Assembly (NCBI GenBank): GCA_012295275.1
Contig: CM022672.1
Location: 20,336,001-20,400,000 of the forward strand
Length of the DNA stretch: 64,000 nt
DNA from: Chrysomallon squamiferum
Taxonomy: Eukaryota > Animalia > Mollusca
Reading direction: 5' to 3'
The notes beneath the pieces were generated by a model. The model was not told where the DNA came from and searched no databases. It worked only from the letters and a program-made list of their open reading frames with translations. Position numbers and translations under genes: made by a program. Positions 1-12,991 of the stretch are shown here, one piece after another (the stretch's first letter is position 1; each line of letters begins with the position of its first letter).

Positions 1-1237
1 TCGCACGTGAACACTTTACCGTCTGCAGGAAGAGCTTCCGCCATTGAAAGCGCGCTATATCCAGTAAACATACCTATGTCTAGAACGTACTTTGCTCTCT
101 GCATGCTGACCAGGAACTTTAAAATAGACCTATTTAAATGAGATTAACAAAATATATAAATATCCATTTTTTTCTTATGTACCTTTCTAAAGAATGATAA
201 CGTTTCAATTTTGAAGAATATTAATTAATTAAGCAAGCAATTTAATGTAACATTTTTGGTTGAAAATTAGAGAAAGCTCAAAGATTTCGGAGACATACCA
301 TTCGTTTGTTTATTTATTTATTTATTTCTGGGATTTCTCCTTTTATGTTTCCTGAAAAGTAGGTAACAATTCAGAAATGTTGGTATTTCTGCTGGTATCA
401 TGAGTCTGGAATTACGGGGACATCAACAAACTTCGTCCTTGGAAACCAGTGAAACAGTTTAGAATGGAGGAATTACATAACTGAAGATAAATAAAAATTG
501 TCGCTCTTTGGTTCATCCATTTCCGAAATATCTTCAACTTTTCATGTAAAAAATATATCATTTACTAATTTAGTGTTTATCAGTTAGTAAGTAAATAATA
601 TTAACAAGCAACTTATTTGTACTGATTGCTATCAAATACTGAAAATGGATACAACCAATTCCGTATTAAATACTGAAAATGGATACAACCAATTCCGTAT
701 TAAATACTGAAAATGGATACAACCAATTGCGTATTATGATTTGACGGCTACTGGGCTAGATACAATAAAGCCTCCAATAATATGCTCAAAAAACAAAAAC
801 ATGAAATAAATTTTAACTTTTAAGCTCTGGACTTCTGGAATGATATTCTGCAAGCCCATGCCTTAAACAGGCACCATCTTGCTTTATCGTGGGTCTCGAA
901 ATGTATTATGGCATAAAATATGTAACATACCTTCACCACAGCCAGTCATCATACTAGTTACCATCATGTTTTTAGTTTTTCCAGTTTTATGTAAGTTTTC
1001 CCAGTTCGCTGTGAGGCTGAACTCGATAATTTTCGCCAACTCTTTTCCAGGTGGTGAACAGGTCGTTTCTACATAATTATTACGAGCATCGGAGAGTTTC
1101 AAAGCTTTGTCAATGGCGTCTTTGACTTCCTGAGGCCAGTTGTTGTATCCATCTTGTTTTTTCAGATTGTCCAAATGTCGGTAATATGGCAGAAAGTTTG
1201 AACTGTTCTCTAACGAGGGGAAGTTAAGTTCCGACAT
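1..1237 (-). CDS. SAM-dependent O-methyltransferase (Methyltransf_3 / CCoAOMT family, MysB-like); 3' part lies beyond the window start
   Basis: Coding exons 1237-931 (MSELNFPS...WENLHKTGKT...MMTGCGEG; donor GAAG|GTATGT) and 129-1 (LKFLVSMQRAKYVLDIGMFTGYSALSMAEALPADGKVFTC; acceptor taaatag). The VLDIGMFTGYSAL SAM-binding motif is diagnostic. As assembled, the spliced frame is 1 nt short at 121-124. A possible non-coding exon donor lies at ~2018. Confidence 0.88.
634..735. repeat. 34-bp minisatellite, 3 copies, intronic
   Basis: AAATACTGAAAATGGATACAACCAATTCCGTATT at 634, 668 and 702; the third copy has one mismatch. Confidence 0.95.
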
Positions 1238-1388
1238 TCTGAAGAAAGAACATAAATTAAACTGGAATAAATAAATAATAATAATAAATAAATAATGAAT
1301 GAATGAATGAATGTATGTATCGGTGTATGCATGTATATGTGGAGTATATGTGTATGGATGCATATATATGTGGGTTTATGTATACGTT

Positions 1389-1429
<41 letters not shown>

Positions 1430-1667
1430 CTTACTGTCCGTTTTTGCTTATGTGTATGCATGTGTGATTGTGAGATAAGCTGGTGCATTGGTATATATAT
1501 ATAATATCTAAGTTATGCATTTATCATTGATAACAACGAAATCAACAGCTTGTTATTTTATTAGATGTTACTCAATACTCGAAACCGAGGTAACATGAGC
1601 TTTTCTTAATATAATATTATCGTGAATCAACTATCAAATTTCAGTTGAATGAAGAGCGAATATTATT

Positions 1668-1702
<35 letters not shown>

Positions 1703-1898
1703 GTGTGTGTGTGTGTGTGTGATATCTATATATTTTTATATCTAAGTATCTCGATTTATCTTTTGCTTACAAAATATAGCTTCAGTACAGTATTTGTTGT
1801 AGATTTTGAAGTTATGGAGATACAAGGATGGGAGAATAACATTGAAACAAGACTGTTTTCTTCGAAGTTGAAAAAAAAAAATAAAATAATAATAATAA

Positions 1899-1929
<31 letters not shown>

Positions 1930-2087
1930 AAAGAAAGAAATGAAAATAAATAACCCTTCAACAAGAAAAAAAAAACAACAGAAGAACAACAGAAAAAGAA
2001 AAGAAAAAAAACCTTACCTTCTCTAAAGTTATTTTGTTCTGCTCACACAGTTTGAATTTTGTTTAAGAAAAATAATAATAATAATAA

Positions 2088-2118
<31 letters not shown>

Positions 2119-2299
2119 AATTTTATTAGAAATACTGAAAATGTGTTAACTTGATTACTGATAAAATATTATTGACAAAGGTAAACTAAATTTATACTAA
2201 ATGTTTCCACCTTTAGACTGTGCAAAACGGTTGCTGAACTTTATCTATAAACAATAATGTATATCACCTGATCTCGACGAACTGACCTGAGAAAAGCAG

Positions 2300-2347
<48 letters not shown>

Positions 2348-2637
2348 GCATTTTATCAAAAAGAAGCAACAAAACAGACATCTGATTACTTTAACAGATT
2401 GTTGCCGCCGTATTGAAGCATTTTTATCTTCAACAACAGCGTGTACGCGTAATCAGTTTGAAAGCGAGTATTCATTCTGTACAAAAACATATTATAACCG
2501 TATAACATTATTTCCGCACTTCCATCGACATCTATGATGCGACTGTTGTTACGGAACTAAAAATGATGGAAGTTCGCGATGATACTATGAATGTCATACT
2601 AATAACATTTAAAGGGTAATTTTAAAATGCTTTGAAT

Positions 2638-2697
<60 letters not shown>

Positions 2698-4213
2698 TAA
2701 TTAATTAATAAAAACAAAACGTTCATTAATTACGTTTTTTGAGCAGTATGAACTTGATGTCTACATACGTGTAGAACAGGTACTCCAACGAGGATCAAAG
2801 ACTGTCCTCTCGCTGAACTTTGACCCACTCTTTAGCGTACTGACGAAAATACACAAAAATGGCGGTTCTACCTCATGTCATCTTTACAGAGTTGACGAAA
2901 TTTAAACTTTACACGATGACACCGCTACTGACAGTGATAGTGATCCAGGTTATCAACTAGATACGTTCGTTAAGCCATTCTTCTGATACGAATGTGGATG
3001 ATTTTAAACTACAAGGTAGTGAAAACTGTACTCCATAAACTTAGCTCACTACTCTGCTGCAGAAAATTGTTTTAGTTTTTAAACTGTATGTATCTGTAAA
3101 TGGCACAACCAGGACATTTTAATTCGAGATATTCCTCGTTTATTAAATGGTTTTAAACTTGTATTAAACATCATTTTAGTATATATATTACAAGTTAGTA
3201 ATGTAAGTGGACTAAGTAATTAAAATAAACAATCTTACGTTAGGTTCCTCAGGAGGTGACAATAACAAGAAAGCTTCTGAAATTTAAAGTGTTTTATCGA
3301 AGCCGTCGAGAACATTATGCACGGTCACGTATTTTTTCTGGAATATATTAATTAGGTCACGCTATTCCAGTTATATTCTGGTGAACACGAATCATCCCAA
3401 TGTCTGTTCATTAAAGTGGGTTCTAGCAGTTATTGTAATAACAACTTTAGAAAGGAAATCTCGTCAAAATTGGTGGAAATCAGCACCAATTCCCAACTAA
3501 ATAACAATCTGCTGTTAGTTTTGTACTGCATGTGTGTGAATGAGTGTGTGTTCGTGCGTCTATTTTTCTGTCTATTTGGAGTGTAACAGGCCTGTTGTGT
3601 TTGTGTATATAACATGGACAAACCCTTAGCTCCAGCTAACAAACTGTACTTGAATCGTTATTAGGTATAAAAACAGGAATGCTAAATGTTCTGAAACTGA
3701 TTAACTGACATGCCACTAAGTGAATGAAAAACGACGGCATACCTCTTCACAATGTTTTGGTAAACCCCACTTCAGTTTACTGAATAACCTTGTGACATAT
3801 AGTCATGTGTCTCGCACGTGATACAGCTCTTCCAGTAAACAAATATGCATCATCTCTAAATGTCCTAATTCACACACCACACAATACATAATCATTTCAG
3901 TTTTTACATAGTTTGTTATTGTTTTTTTTTTTTTTTACACAACGCAGATTTTATTCACAGAGATTGTACCTGAGTACACCGGGAAGTCTTTAAAACAGAT
4001 TGCACACACACACACGCACGCACGCACGCACACACACAGACGCGTTATTATAGCAGAGTGTAATGCTATTAATGAAATTATATTACCGAACAAAGAATTA
4101 ATTAATGGAAATGTCGAACAAAAATTGGCTTGCTGATGTCATTAAGAAGTAAATATGTATGTATGAAAAAGATAACAAAAACAAACCAAAAAAAGAAATA
4201 AAATAAAATAATA

Positions 4214-4248
<35 letters not shown>

Positions 4249-4649
4249 GATTTTTAATTGATGTTGTCATATAAGCAGTGAATTATAATAAAGTTGGGTT
4301 GGTGTTTTTTCTAAATAAATTCATTTTATTATTTTTCTCAATTTACAGTTTTAACACCATTAAGGCAACCCACTGATTAAAGAAAATTCAAATTTTCTAG
4401 AGATTATATAACCCTAAAATGTTCAGTTTAGTTTTAATTAATTTATCTTGTAGGGAAGTTTCATTTGTACATGCATGAAATCTAAATTAATTAACAGAAT
4501 TTAGTATAAAGGGTTAAAAAAAAGAAAGAAGCAATAACAAACAAACAAAAACAAAAAACAATAAAAAACAACAACATCAAACAAACCAAAACCCAAACAA
4601 AACCACAACCATTTTTAATTGTTCATTACTGTAGTTGTACAGGCAATTG

Positions 4650-4837
4650 TCAGTATACTGTTTTCGGATATCCTCGGTAAACAATGTTGAAGATTACACA
4701 GACTCCAATAAACATGAGAAATACAAACAGATCCAGCCAGCCAGCATTTTGTTGCCAAGGATATCGTCTGCGATCTTTCAAGAAAGGTTTGCCCAGCAGA
4801 AAACCTGTAAAATATCAATATAATGGCATTTAACCGT

Positions 4838-4871
<34 letters not shown>

Positions 4872-7426
4872 CACACACACGTCAAAGTTTGTTTTTGTTG
4901 TTAATTTAGCATTTTCATACATTTTGTTTTGGGATAGAGAGGTTTAGGATCGTTTTAACAACATGAACGGCCCTCGGGCAAAACACTGCACTAAACCCCT
5001 TGCATACAATTCATTAAAAAAAAAAAAAAAAAAGATATTTATCATTACAATGCTTTTCAGTGAAAATCGTTTTTGAGAAAGTATGTCTGTCAAAACTTGT
5101 GATTTAGTTTGTAAAGTATCTAAAGTTTTAGTTAGGTGTCAGAATGGAGCCCCAAAACCTTCAGTTTCCTGCGAGCTGTAGCTAATGACTTGACCTCAGG
5201 ACTAGTATTAATACAGTACTATTAAGTTTATATATAATCCATAGATAATCTGTGTACCTGCTACAATTCCACCACAGTATGCGGCGATCCCTATGTTTAA
5301 AATATCAGGAGCGAAAAATCTTCTGTATACCCCAAGTCCAACCTGCACCACAACTGAAATAAAGTAAATAAATTCAATACAACTGAATACAATACAATGT
5401 AACGTATTAAAATTTTAGACGCTTGATCGTTTATGAAGAGAAACACGTAGTTAACTGCCCCTAATTATTATTATTATTATTGTTGTTGTTGTTGTTGCTG
5501 CTTCTGCTGCTGTTGTTTTAGAAGAACAAATTTAAAATATATATAAAAAGTGAGACTGACATAAAACTTGAATTAATTATAATAACTGAATAAATAAGTA
5601 AAATATTTGATTGACTTTTGGGAATATTAATGATACCTCCTAATAAGGGAACGATTTTTTTGTTTTAATGTTGTTTACTATGTGTCAGTGCTTTTTTATC
5701 ACAGCAAGTGGCGTTATACAAATGCCTTTATCACAGAGAGGAAATATAATTTACACCTACCTAATAAAACGATTATGAAAATTCTGAGAGGAACATTACA
5801 AGATCGTTTTCGACACTTGCTGTCTTCGGGATCGTTATTCAGCTCGGACCAGTTCTGAAATATTTCGAAACAACATCAAAGTAAATTATGAGAATGAAAC
5901 TGAAACTCTGATAGTGTTGTGATACATACCAAGAGCAAATCAACATAAGTGTCTACACACACACACACACACACACGCACGCACGCACGCACACAAGCAC
6001 TCACACACATATTACTTTTATATTATTATTACCAATAATTATTATTACTTATTATCATTATTATCATCATCATCATCATAATCAAAGGTTGAACATAAAC
6101 ACGTAAAACAGTGGAACTTATGTAAATATAAATTTAAATGATTTGTTACCACAAAAGATATATTATGAACAACTAAGTCTGTTTTTAAGGACAAAATTCA
6201 GTGAAGCTCACATATATCAAACTCATCATGTGAGCGGTTAGTATTGCGTATGCTCCACCACTGGCTCCAACCAGTCCCACCTGATGGTCACTGATAGACT
6301 GAACCAGAGATCCTATAATATAAATTAAATACATCTGTATCTATATCTGTATCTACCTACCTATCTATCTACCTATGCAAATATACATACATATATGTGT
6401 GTGTGTGTATATATGTATGTATGTATGTATGTATGTGTATATATATATATACACATACACACACATATACATATGCATGTATGTATGTATATTATATATA
6501 CTTGCTAATTTGTTTATTTATTTTTAGAAGTTAAAATAAATAGTTTTAAAAATAATAGTAAAAGGTAAACGTAAGTAAACTCGAGTGATGGATTTTGCTA
6601 AAAACATTTTTTAAAGAGAAAACTCAGCTTTATATTTGTTCACTAATATTTTCCTTTAAATACAATAGTTTAAATATAAACATGCACACATACACCTATA
6701 CATACATACCTAGACACTTACAAAGTAACACACACACACACACATTACAGGAAATATATTTTATCAGGAAAAATATATAATTACTGACATTTTCTGAAAA
6801 TATGTGTAATCACCAGAGCTGGTGTTGGTTCATAGGAAATCTAGGCATCCTCAGAGCCACATACATACATACACATATACACAATTACACACACAAACAC
6901 ACAGACATACATACACGAGACAATTCCACAAACCTGTGATAACTCCACAAATGTACACAATGGCAAGCCTCCACCAGGAAAAGACAATTTCCAAGGGAAA
7001 GCCAACGAATAGCTGAATGACAACATTGAACAGCAGATCAATGTATCTGAAACATGCAGTATCACCAAGAAATGTGTTAAAACAAAAATAAGTAATTTAA
7101 ATTCTGTTTAAAGAAAATCAGTGAATCAGCAACTCTTGTAAATAGGCAGTCAACCCTTTATTTAAACAATCCACACACAATTTTTTTTTTTTTTTTTAAA
7201 AACCCCAGAAAGTTAGATCATAAAATAAAATTCAACTAGAAATAAAGAGTTACCTACCCTTGATGCAGCAGCATGTACGAAAAGAACCTCCAGACCTCCT
7301 GTCTTTTTGTTGGTAAGTAAATCAAACTGCCACTGACTGGTACGCCATCCAAAGCCGTAACGCCACCACCTTCCTTATGTAACTGCACCGCAGTTGTAAT
7401 GTACATAATGCACTAAAATAAATACA

Positions 7427-7462
<36 letters not shown>

Positions 7463-7829
7463 ATCATATGTATCATGTGTATCATATATATATATATAAT
7501 CATAATGATGGAGATAAAGACAACTTCAGTTGTTTTCGTTCTTTTAGCAGCCATCACAAACACGCGCATACACGTACATTATAATTCCATAATAAATGGG
7601 CTTGGATTCCTGAACCAGAACAGTATATAGCACAGTGCTCCATACTGACTTAATTCAGTAAACTCATGAAATGCTTGTAATATTTTGATGGTATTCCAAA
7701 CATTATTTAGCTATTTTATTTATTTTTGGAAGGCTGAACAAAAAGCCATACAAGCAAACATACGAGCGACTTACACATCATACCTAGAGGCACACAAATA
7801 GAAGTACATTTTCAGTAGTGCTTGTGTAT

Positions 7830-7912
<83 letters not shown>

Positions 7913-8206
7913 CCGCTTACTTCAATCAGGGTTATTGCAATCATGAAAAATGGCGGAGGACAGAAGTGGTATTTTGGAAGAAAGTCGTCGAGTTCTTTCT
8001 GTGGCGCCGTGTTGGTGAGGATGACGTTGAGGCAGCCTCTTTCTTGAATATTTGTTTTGCGGGAATAGTGATGAGCATCAGACCCTATTGACGTTGCCAA
8101 AGAGCTGTTGTCGTCGTTTTCGTTCATCACCTACGCAGATGTTTACACTGGTTATTTTAACGTATGCTGTTTAATAATGTTACTGTTAATGACAACACAT
8201 GCACAT

Positions 8207-8248
<42 letters not shown>

Positions 8249-8986
8249 CACACACTCACATACATGTGTATATAGATATGCATATACATAATGTATGATC
8301 TTACAGAACACAGTACATTCACTAAATACACGATTTCACACTTGTATACAATCGCACTAGAGATATATAGCGCATTTCTGATTAATATACAAATTGTGAT
8401 ATGTGTTTGTATGCGAGCGTGCGTGTAGTACCCTATGTGTGTGCGTATATATATATGCATGTAGGTTTGTGTGTGTTTGTGTATGTGTATACGTACATAC
8501 ATGAAGATATGTATGAATGTGTATCTATGTATTATATATGTGGGTATGGATATGGATATGTGTATTTAAGTATGTAGCTATTTATTTACATAATTTATGG
8601 GTTTAAACATGCTACAGTTGTAGATAAATGCCCCAGTATATTAAAACAAAAAGAAGAAGAAAATCAGTCATTCATTTACTCACGATTCTGACAAAGGTGT
8701 CGTACGACATTGACGTCGACGGGTTAAACGAGACGAGGTCCATGAGGACGTAAAGTCTGTCTTCAGGAATAAACCGACGATAATCGTCATCCTGCAGCAG
8801 ACGTCGAAGATCATGAATGGCCATCTGCTCACCGCCATATACAAACTAAAATTAATAATAAAAATATATTTTCAGTTTGCAACAACAACGGTAACAACAA
8901 CAACAACAGTAACAACAACAATAACAGTAATAACGATGATGATGATGAAACTGATGATGTTGACAATAATAATAATAATAATAATA

Positions 8987-9034
<48 letters not shown>

Positions 9035-9420
9035 CAAAGTCATGCTTTCAGAATAAATACTTTGACTGTACATCGGATAGTTTCTTTCTCATTTTGTTAT
9101 CTGTTATTTAAAATAAATGTTACAGAAATAATTTCGATAAATAACTGATTTTAATTTTTATAATATTATTTTAAAATGCAAATAAAATAGTACTTACTCT
9201 TTGAAATATAGGCCGGAATTTCTGAAAATATTAAAATGTCAGTTATTAAAATGTGCTTTTAAAAAAACCCTGTAATACTAAAATTAGCTTGTTTTTAAAT
9301 GCATTGACATTATATATAATGACGAAAGAGAGTGAGAGACAGTATTTGACTAAACAAATTGGACTCAAAACATTTCAAATTAAGATTAACTTTTTAGTTT
9401 GTTGTTTCTCTATAATATTA

Positions 9421-9499
<79 letters not shown>

Positions 9500-9718
9500 G
9501 TTTGTAAGTAATCCACCCGTCCAGTTAGAGTTCCAATCACAACTACATGCACCCAAACACGCACCCTCTCACGCACAGCATACACGTCATACCCTTTCCA
9601 AGATCTCTCGCAACATCATTCTGTCATTTTTGTCGTCCGCCGTAAAAATGTTTCCAAAACTGAGATTTCCGGATGATGATTGCGTCTGAAAGTATCCAAG
9701 GTTCGTTGCAGAATACAT
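4650..9718 (-). CDS. Rhomboid-family 7-TM protein (RHBDL/Rho-4-like, degenerate N-terminal EF-hand region), ~411 aa, catalytic His replaced by Tyr
   Basis: Phase-consistent GT-AG exons: 9718-9593, 9221-9198, 8845-8684, 8130-7921, 7412-7258, 7046-6934, 6312-6212, 5854-5761, 5353-5258, 4804-4650. Motifs: CPPPFFMI, EVWRFFSYMLLHQG (WR loop), PLEIV, LVGASGG, NWSEL, AAYCGGIVAGFLLG, C-terminal FNIVYRGYP. The start codon is inferred; 10558-10540 may be an upstream exon. Confidence 0.9.
7832..7911. repeat. (TG)n microsatellite
   Basis: About 40 perfect TG units in a rhomboid intron. Confidence 0.95.
8881..9034. repeat. Compound (AAC)/(AAT)/(GAT) trinucleotide microsatellite
   Basis: Directly visible. 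It generates the spurious poly-T, poly-M and poly-H ORFs. Confidence 0.9.
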
Positions 9719-10018
9719 TTTGATTTCTTCTTTATCTGTGAAAACAGTAAATAAGAATACCCTTGTAAATAGAAATAATATTTTTTTAAATCTTTGTCTA
9801 TCTAATCTTCCAACAAATCCGTTACGCCTGAATATATCCATGGGTCGAAGCAGAATACGTTGTGATTTCCGATAATAAAACATGAAAACATACTTGGAAA
9901 TGGAAATTCTAATAAGTTTCACTTTTGTTTGTTGTATGTTAATATGAATTCCAATTAAGTGGTAACTGACGAATTCAAGCGATATTATCATCGTGGGGGA
10001 AAAAAACAAAAAAACAAC

Positions 10019-10063
<45 letters not shown>

Positions 10064-10903
10064 CCCCAACAACAAAGAAAACAAACATAAAAGAAATAAA
10101 AATAAAAATTCTGATATGAAATAAAATAATTACTAATTCAGCTGATGATCACTTCTGGCTGTATGATATTCCTTTAACGAAATGAAAATAACACTTTCTG
10201 CTACTGCGAACAGTAAAGTGTTCCAGTTGTCAACACACGTAAGAAATAATTCCTTCACTGTGAGATTATAAATACCTATATTACTCACAACAGAATCTTT
10301 TATACAATTTTTTTTTCTCAGGTATGATCTCACCACTTTTTAAAAATTACTTTCTTAGTCTCGGTGAAAAATGACAATAACTGAGTTCTTTACAAACTTC
10401 CTTTGCGTCAAATGCTTTTACATTTAAATGCATTTAAAGTGGGTTAAACGCAGTACATCTGTCTGTATGTTACGAGTCTTGATTCTGCATGCAGAATTCA
10501 GCCCGCCATTCACGTCGTTGCAAATTGCATTAACTTTACCTCAAGCCTGTTTCCAGGTCTGGGGAAAAAAAAGGAACATAAATAAATCAGTGTATTTTGT
10601 CGTGGCTATAAACTTATCGGTTTTTGTACTAATCACGCCTCACCATGGGCGTAACAGTATTCTCGTGAATAGCATATCGCGTACATACGCATTAAAGTAA
10701 ACAAAACTTTGTCGTGGTGATAATAGAATGGCTAAACCAGTTTTGACGAATAAGAAAGAAACGAGTCTGTACCTCTCTCTATGTTTAGTTTAAGGCTTAT
10801 TAAAAAATACTTGTATATCTGCGTGCTTCTGTAGTCATGTGTATGTTCATGCTGAAATTATATCGACTGTTTAATTTATACGTTTCTGTTACTGAACTTA
10901 TAA

Positions 10904-11021
<118 letters not shown>

Positions 11022-11346
11022 ATAGAAAACGTGACTTTAATTTACAGAAGTGTGTTAGCATATTTTATGTTAATTGTATAGGAGTGTAGAGAAATTTTTA
11101 AAGTTAATATTAGGAAATGAAAACAAATATAACGTTTATAAAACCATTAAATTTATTATTAAATAAGCAAACTCACCAAGAAAAAAAAAATCGTATAATC
11201 TAAGAACAACTTTAGTAACTAAGAGTAAATAACATAATTTTAAAAAGTTATTAGGTTTTAGAACTGAGAATAATTATAAAAATAACAATATAAATTTGAA
11301 GAAATAAAAAAAAAATTGAAAAAAAAAAAAAAAAAAAAAATATACA

Positions 11347-11459
11347 TGTCAGAAGTGGGATTCGAACCCACGCCCACATTCGTGGACCAGAACACTCATC
11401 CTCAGTTGAGGAAGGTTAAACCTTGAGTCTGGCGCCTTAGACCACTCGGCCATCCTGAC
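11347..11459 (-). tRNA. trnL-CAA: tRNA-Leu(CAA) with 29-nt intron (11421-11393)
   Basis: Reverse complement is GTCAGGATGGCCGAGTGGTCTAAGGCGCCAGACTCAAG-[GTTTAACCTTCCTCAACTGAGGATGAGTG]-TTCTGGTCCACGAATGTGGGCGTGGGTTCGAATCCCACTTCTGACA. A and B boxes and the long variable arm are present, the intron is at the canonical 37/38 site, and a poly-T Pol III terminator follows. Confidence 0.97.
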
Positions 11460-12991
11460 ATCTGCAACAAAGCTATTAATTTATTGTATACTTCTCCACA
11501 GAATTATTAACTGTTCTTGTTTGTAAATAAATTTGGATTGCGATATTTAAAATTCGTTGAAATGAACTGGTTCTGTTGTTGTTGTTAGTTTTTCTACACA
11601 TTTTTTTAACAAACCTGATTTGGTTTAACCTAACCGTCAACGTACATGTTTCTGACAACGACATTATTCCGATTTTCTTTCAACATCAATTCATAGGCCT
11701 AGTCAAGTCAAATTCCTAACTAAAGAAATGTTTGTTGGCGCATGTATATCGATAAAACTGTAAATAACTAGCCTTATTATAGCATAAATTTAGGCACCGT
11801 GTAATCATTTAACATGAACAATGTTTTGGGAATCTCAATGGCTCCGCCTCGAGTGTCCCCCTCCATGGTACTCCTCTCTCATTGTTTTTAAAACATTAAA
11901 ATTTTAATGACTTTAGAAATAATTACTGTTAAAAATCACATAAAATATGTACGTAATTAATAAAATAGGATACACAGTAATTACAGTGCATTGTAAACAA
12001 TTACAGTTAGAAGTGTGTTTGCGAGTCGATGTATTTTGAATCACGCACTTTGAAGTCTGACGGTATCAGTGAAGTTTGACCCTCTCAAAATAAACTCACA
12101 CACAATCTCTTCATCCATTAATTGTTTAGATATATTTTTAAAATATGCTCCCACATTGTTGTTCATTTGACTAGTAAATGTTTTTTTTTCAGTAGTCAGT
12201 ATCACATCAATGTGCTTCTTTATAAAGTCTTGAATATGTTTTCTTAATTCTATTCTGACAACTCACTATTTATTTATTTATTATATTTTCCTCCACTAAC
12301 AACAGCTGAATAAACCTATAGAATGTCAGTTCTAATTCGATTGTGTAAATGACTTTATCAAATACAGCATATAATCGAAATTAGCATTCATGAGTATTTG
12401 TATTTGTATTTTTATTATGCTGAATCAGGTCTATTTCACCAGTAGTAATAATTTAAAATGTTAAATTCCACTTGAAACAGAATAGAAGGAAAATTTGAAC
12501 TCCAGTCCGATGTCGTAAATGCATCATCACAGGCATGGAAAAGACGTCATTATTTCACACTGTCAAATGCTTTTGTAATCTGTGTTAATCTAGACCTTAT
12601 TTTTATTTTGAAAATGAAAATATTTTTCTTTAACTCCGATGTTTTTGTTGTGCTCATTTTCTCTACCGTTTCATTATTAACTCTCTTCTTTTCATACACT
12701 TCCGCACTCTGATACTAATAACACTCAAAATATTTTTCTTTCTGAATTATAATTTTCTCTTACATACATTTTCTTTCTTTTTTCTTTTTCTTTTCCTTTC
12801 TTTCTTTCTTTTTTTTTTTTTTTTTTTTGTGTGATTTCTGTCAGATTCCAGAGTAAAAAATGACCTTTCTTACATGCGTCATATATGTGATCACAGCTTA
12901 ACTAAAATACTATAAAAGATTACAACATTCGTCATTTTTTCCACAGAGCTTTGAAGAATATTAATTATTATCACAAACTGTAACACATACC

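Noticed and set aside
634-735. 34-bp direct repeats as a possible CRISPR array
   Set aside because: The copies are head-to-tail with no spacers, lie in a eukaryotic intron and have no cas genes nearby; this is a minisatellite.
1210-2026. ORFs rich in CVCV, HTHT, poly-R and poly-L
   Set aside because: These are translations of (TG)n, (AAT)n and (AAG)n microsatellites. The same applies to similar ORFs at 7822-8502, 8813-9507, 10800-11061, 30258, 46247, 50275, 53775, 56189, 56861, 57820 and 60987-61944.
4940-5210. GC-richer ends suggesting a MITE in the last rhomboid intron
   Set aside because: No convincing TIR pair or TSD could be established by eye.
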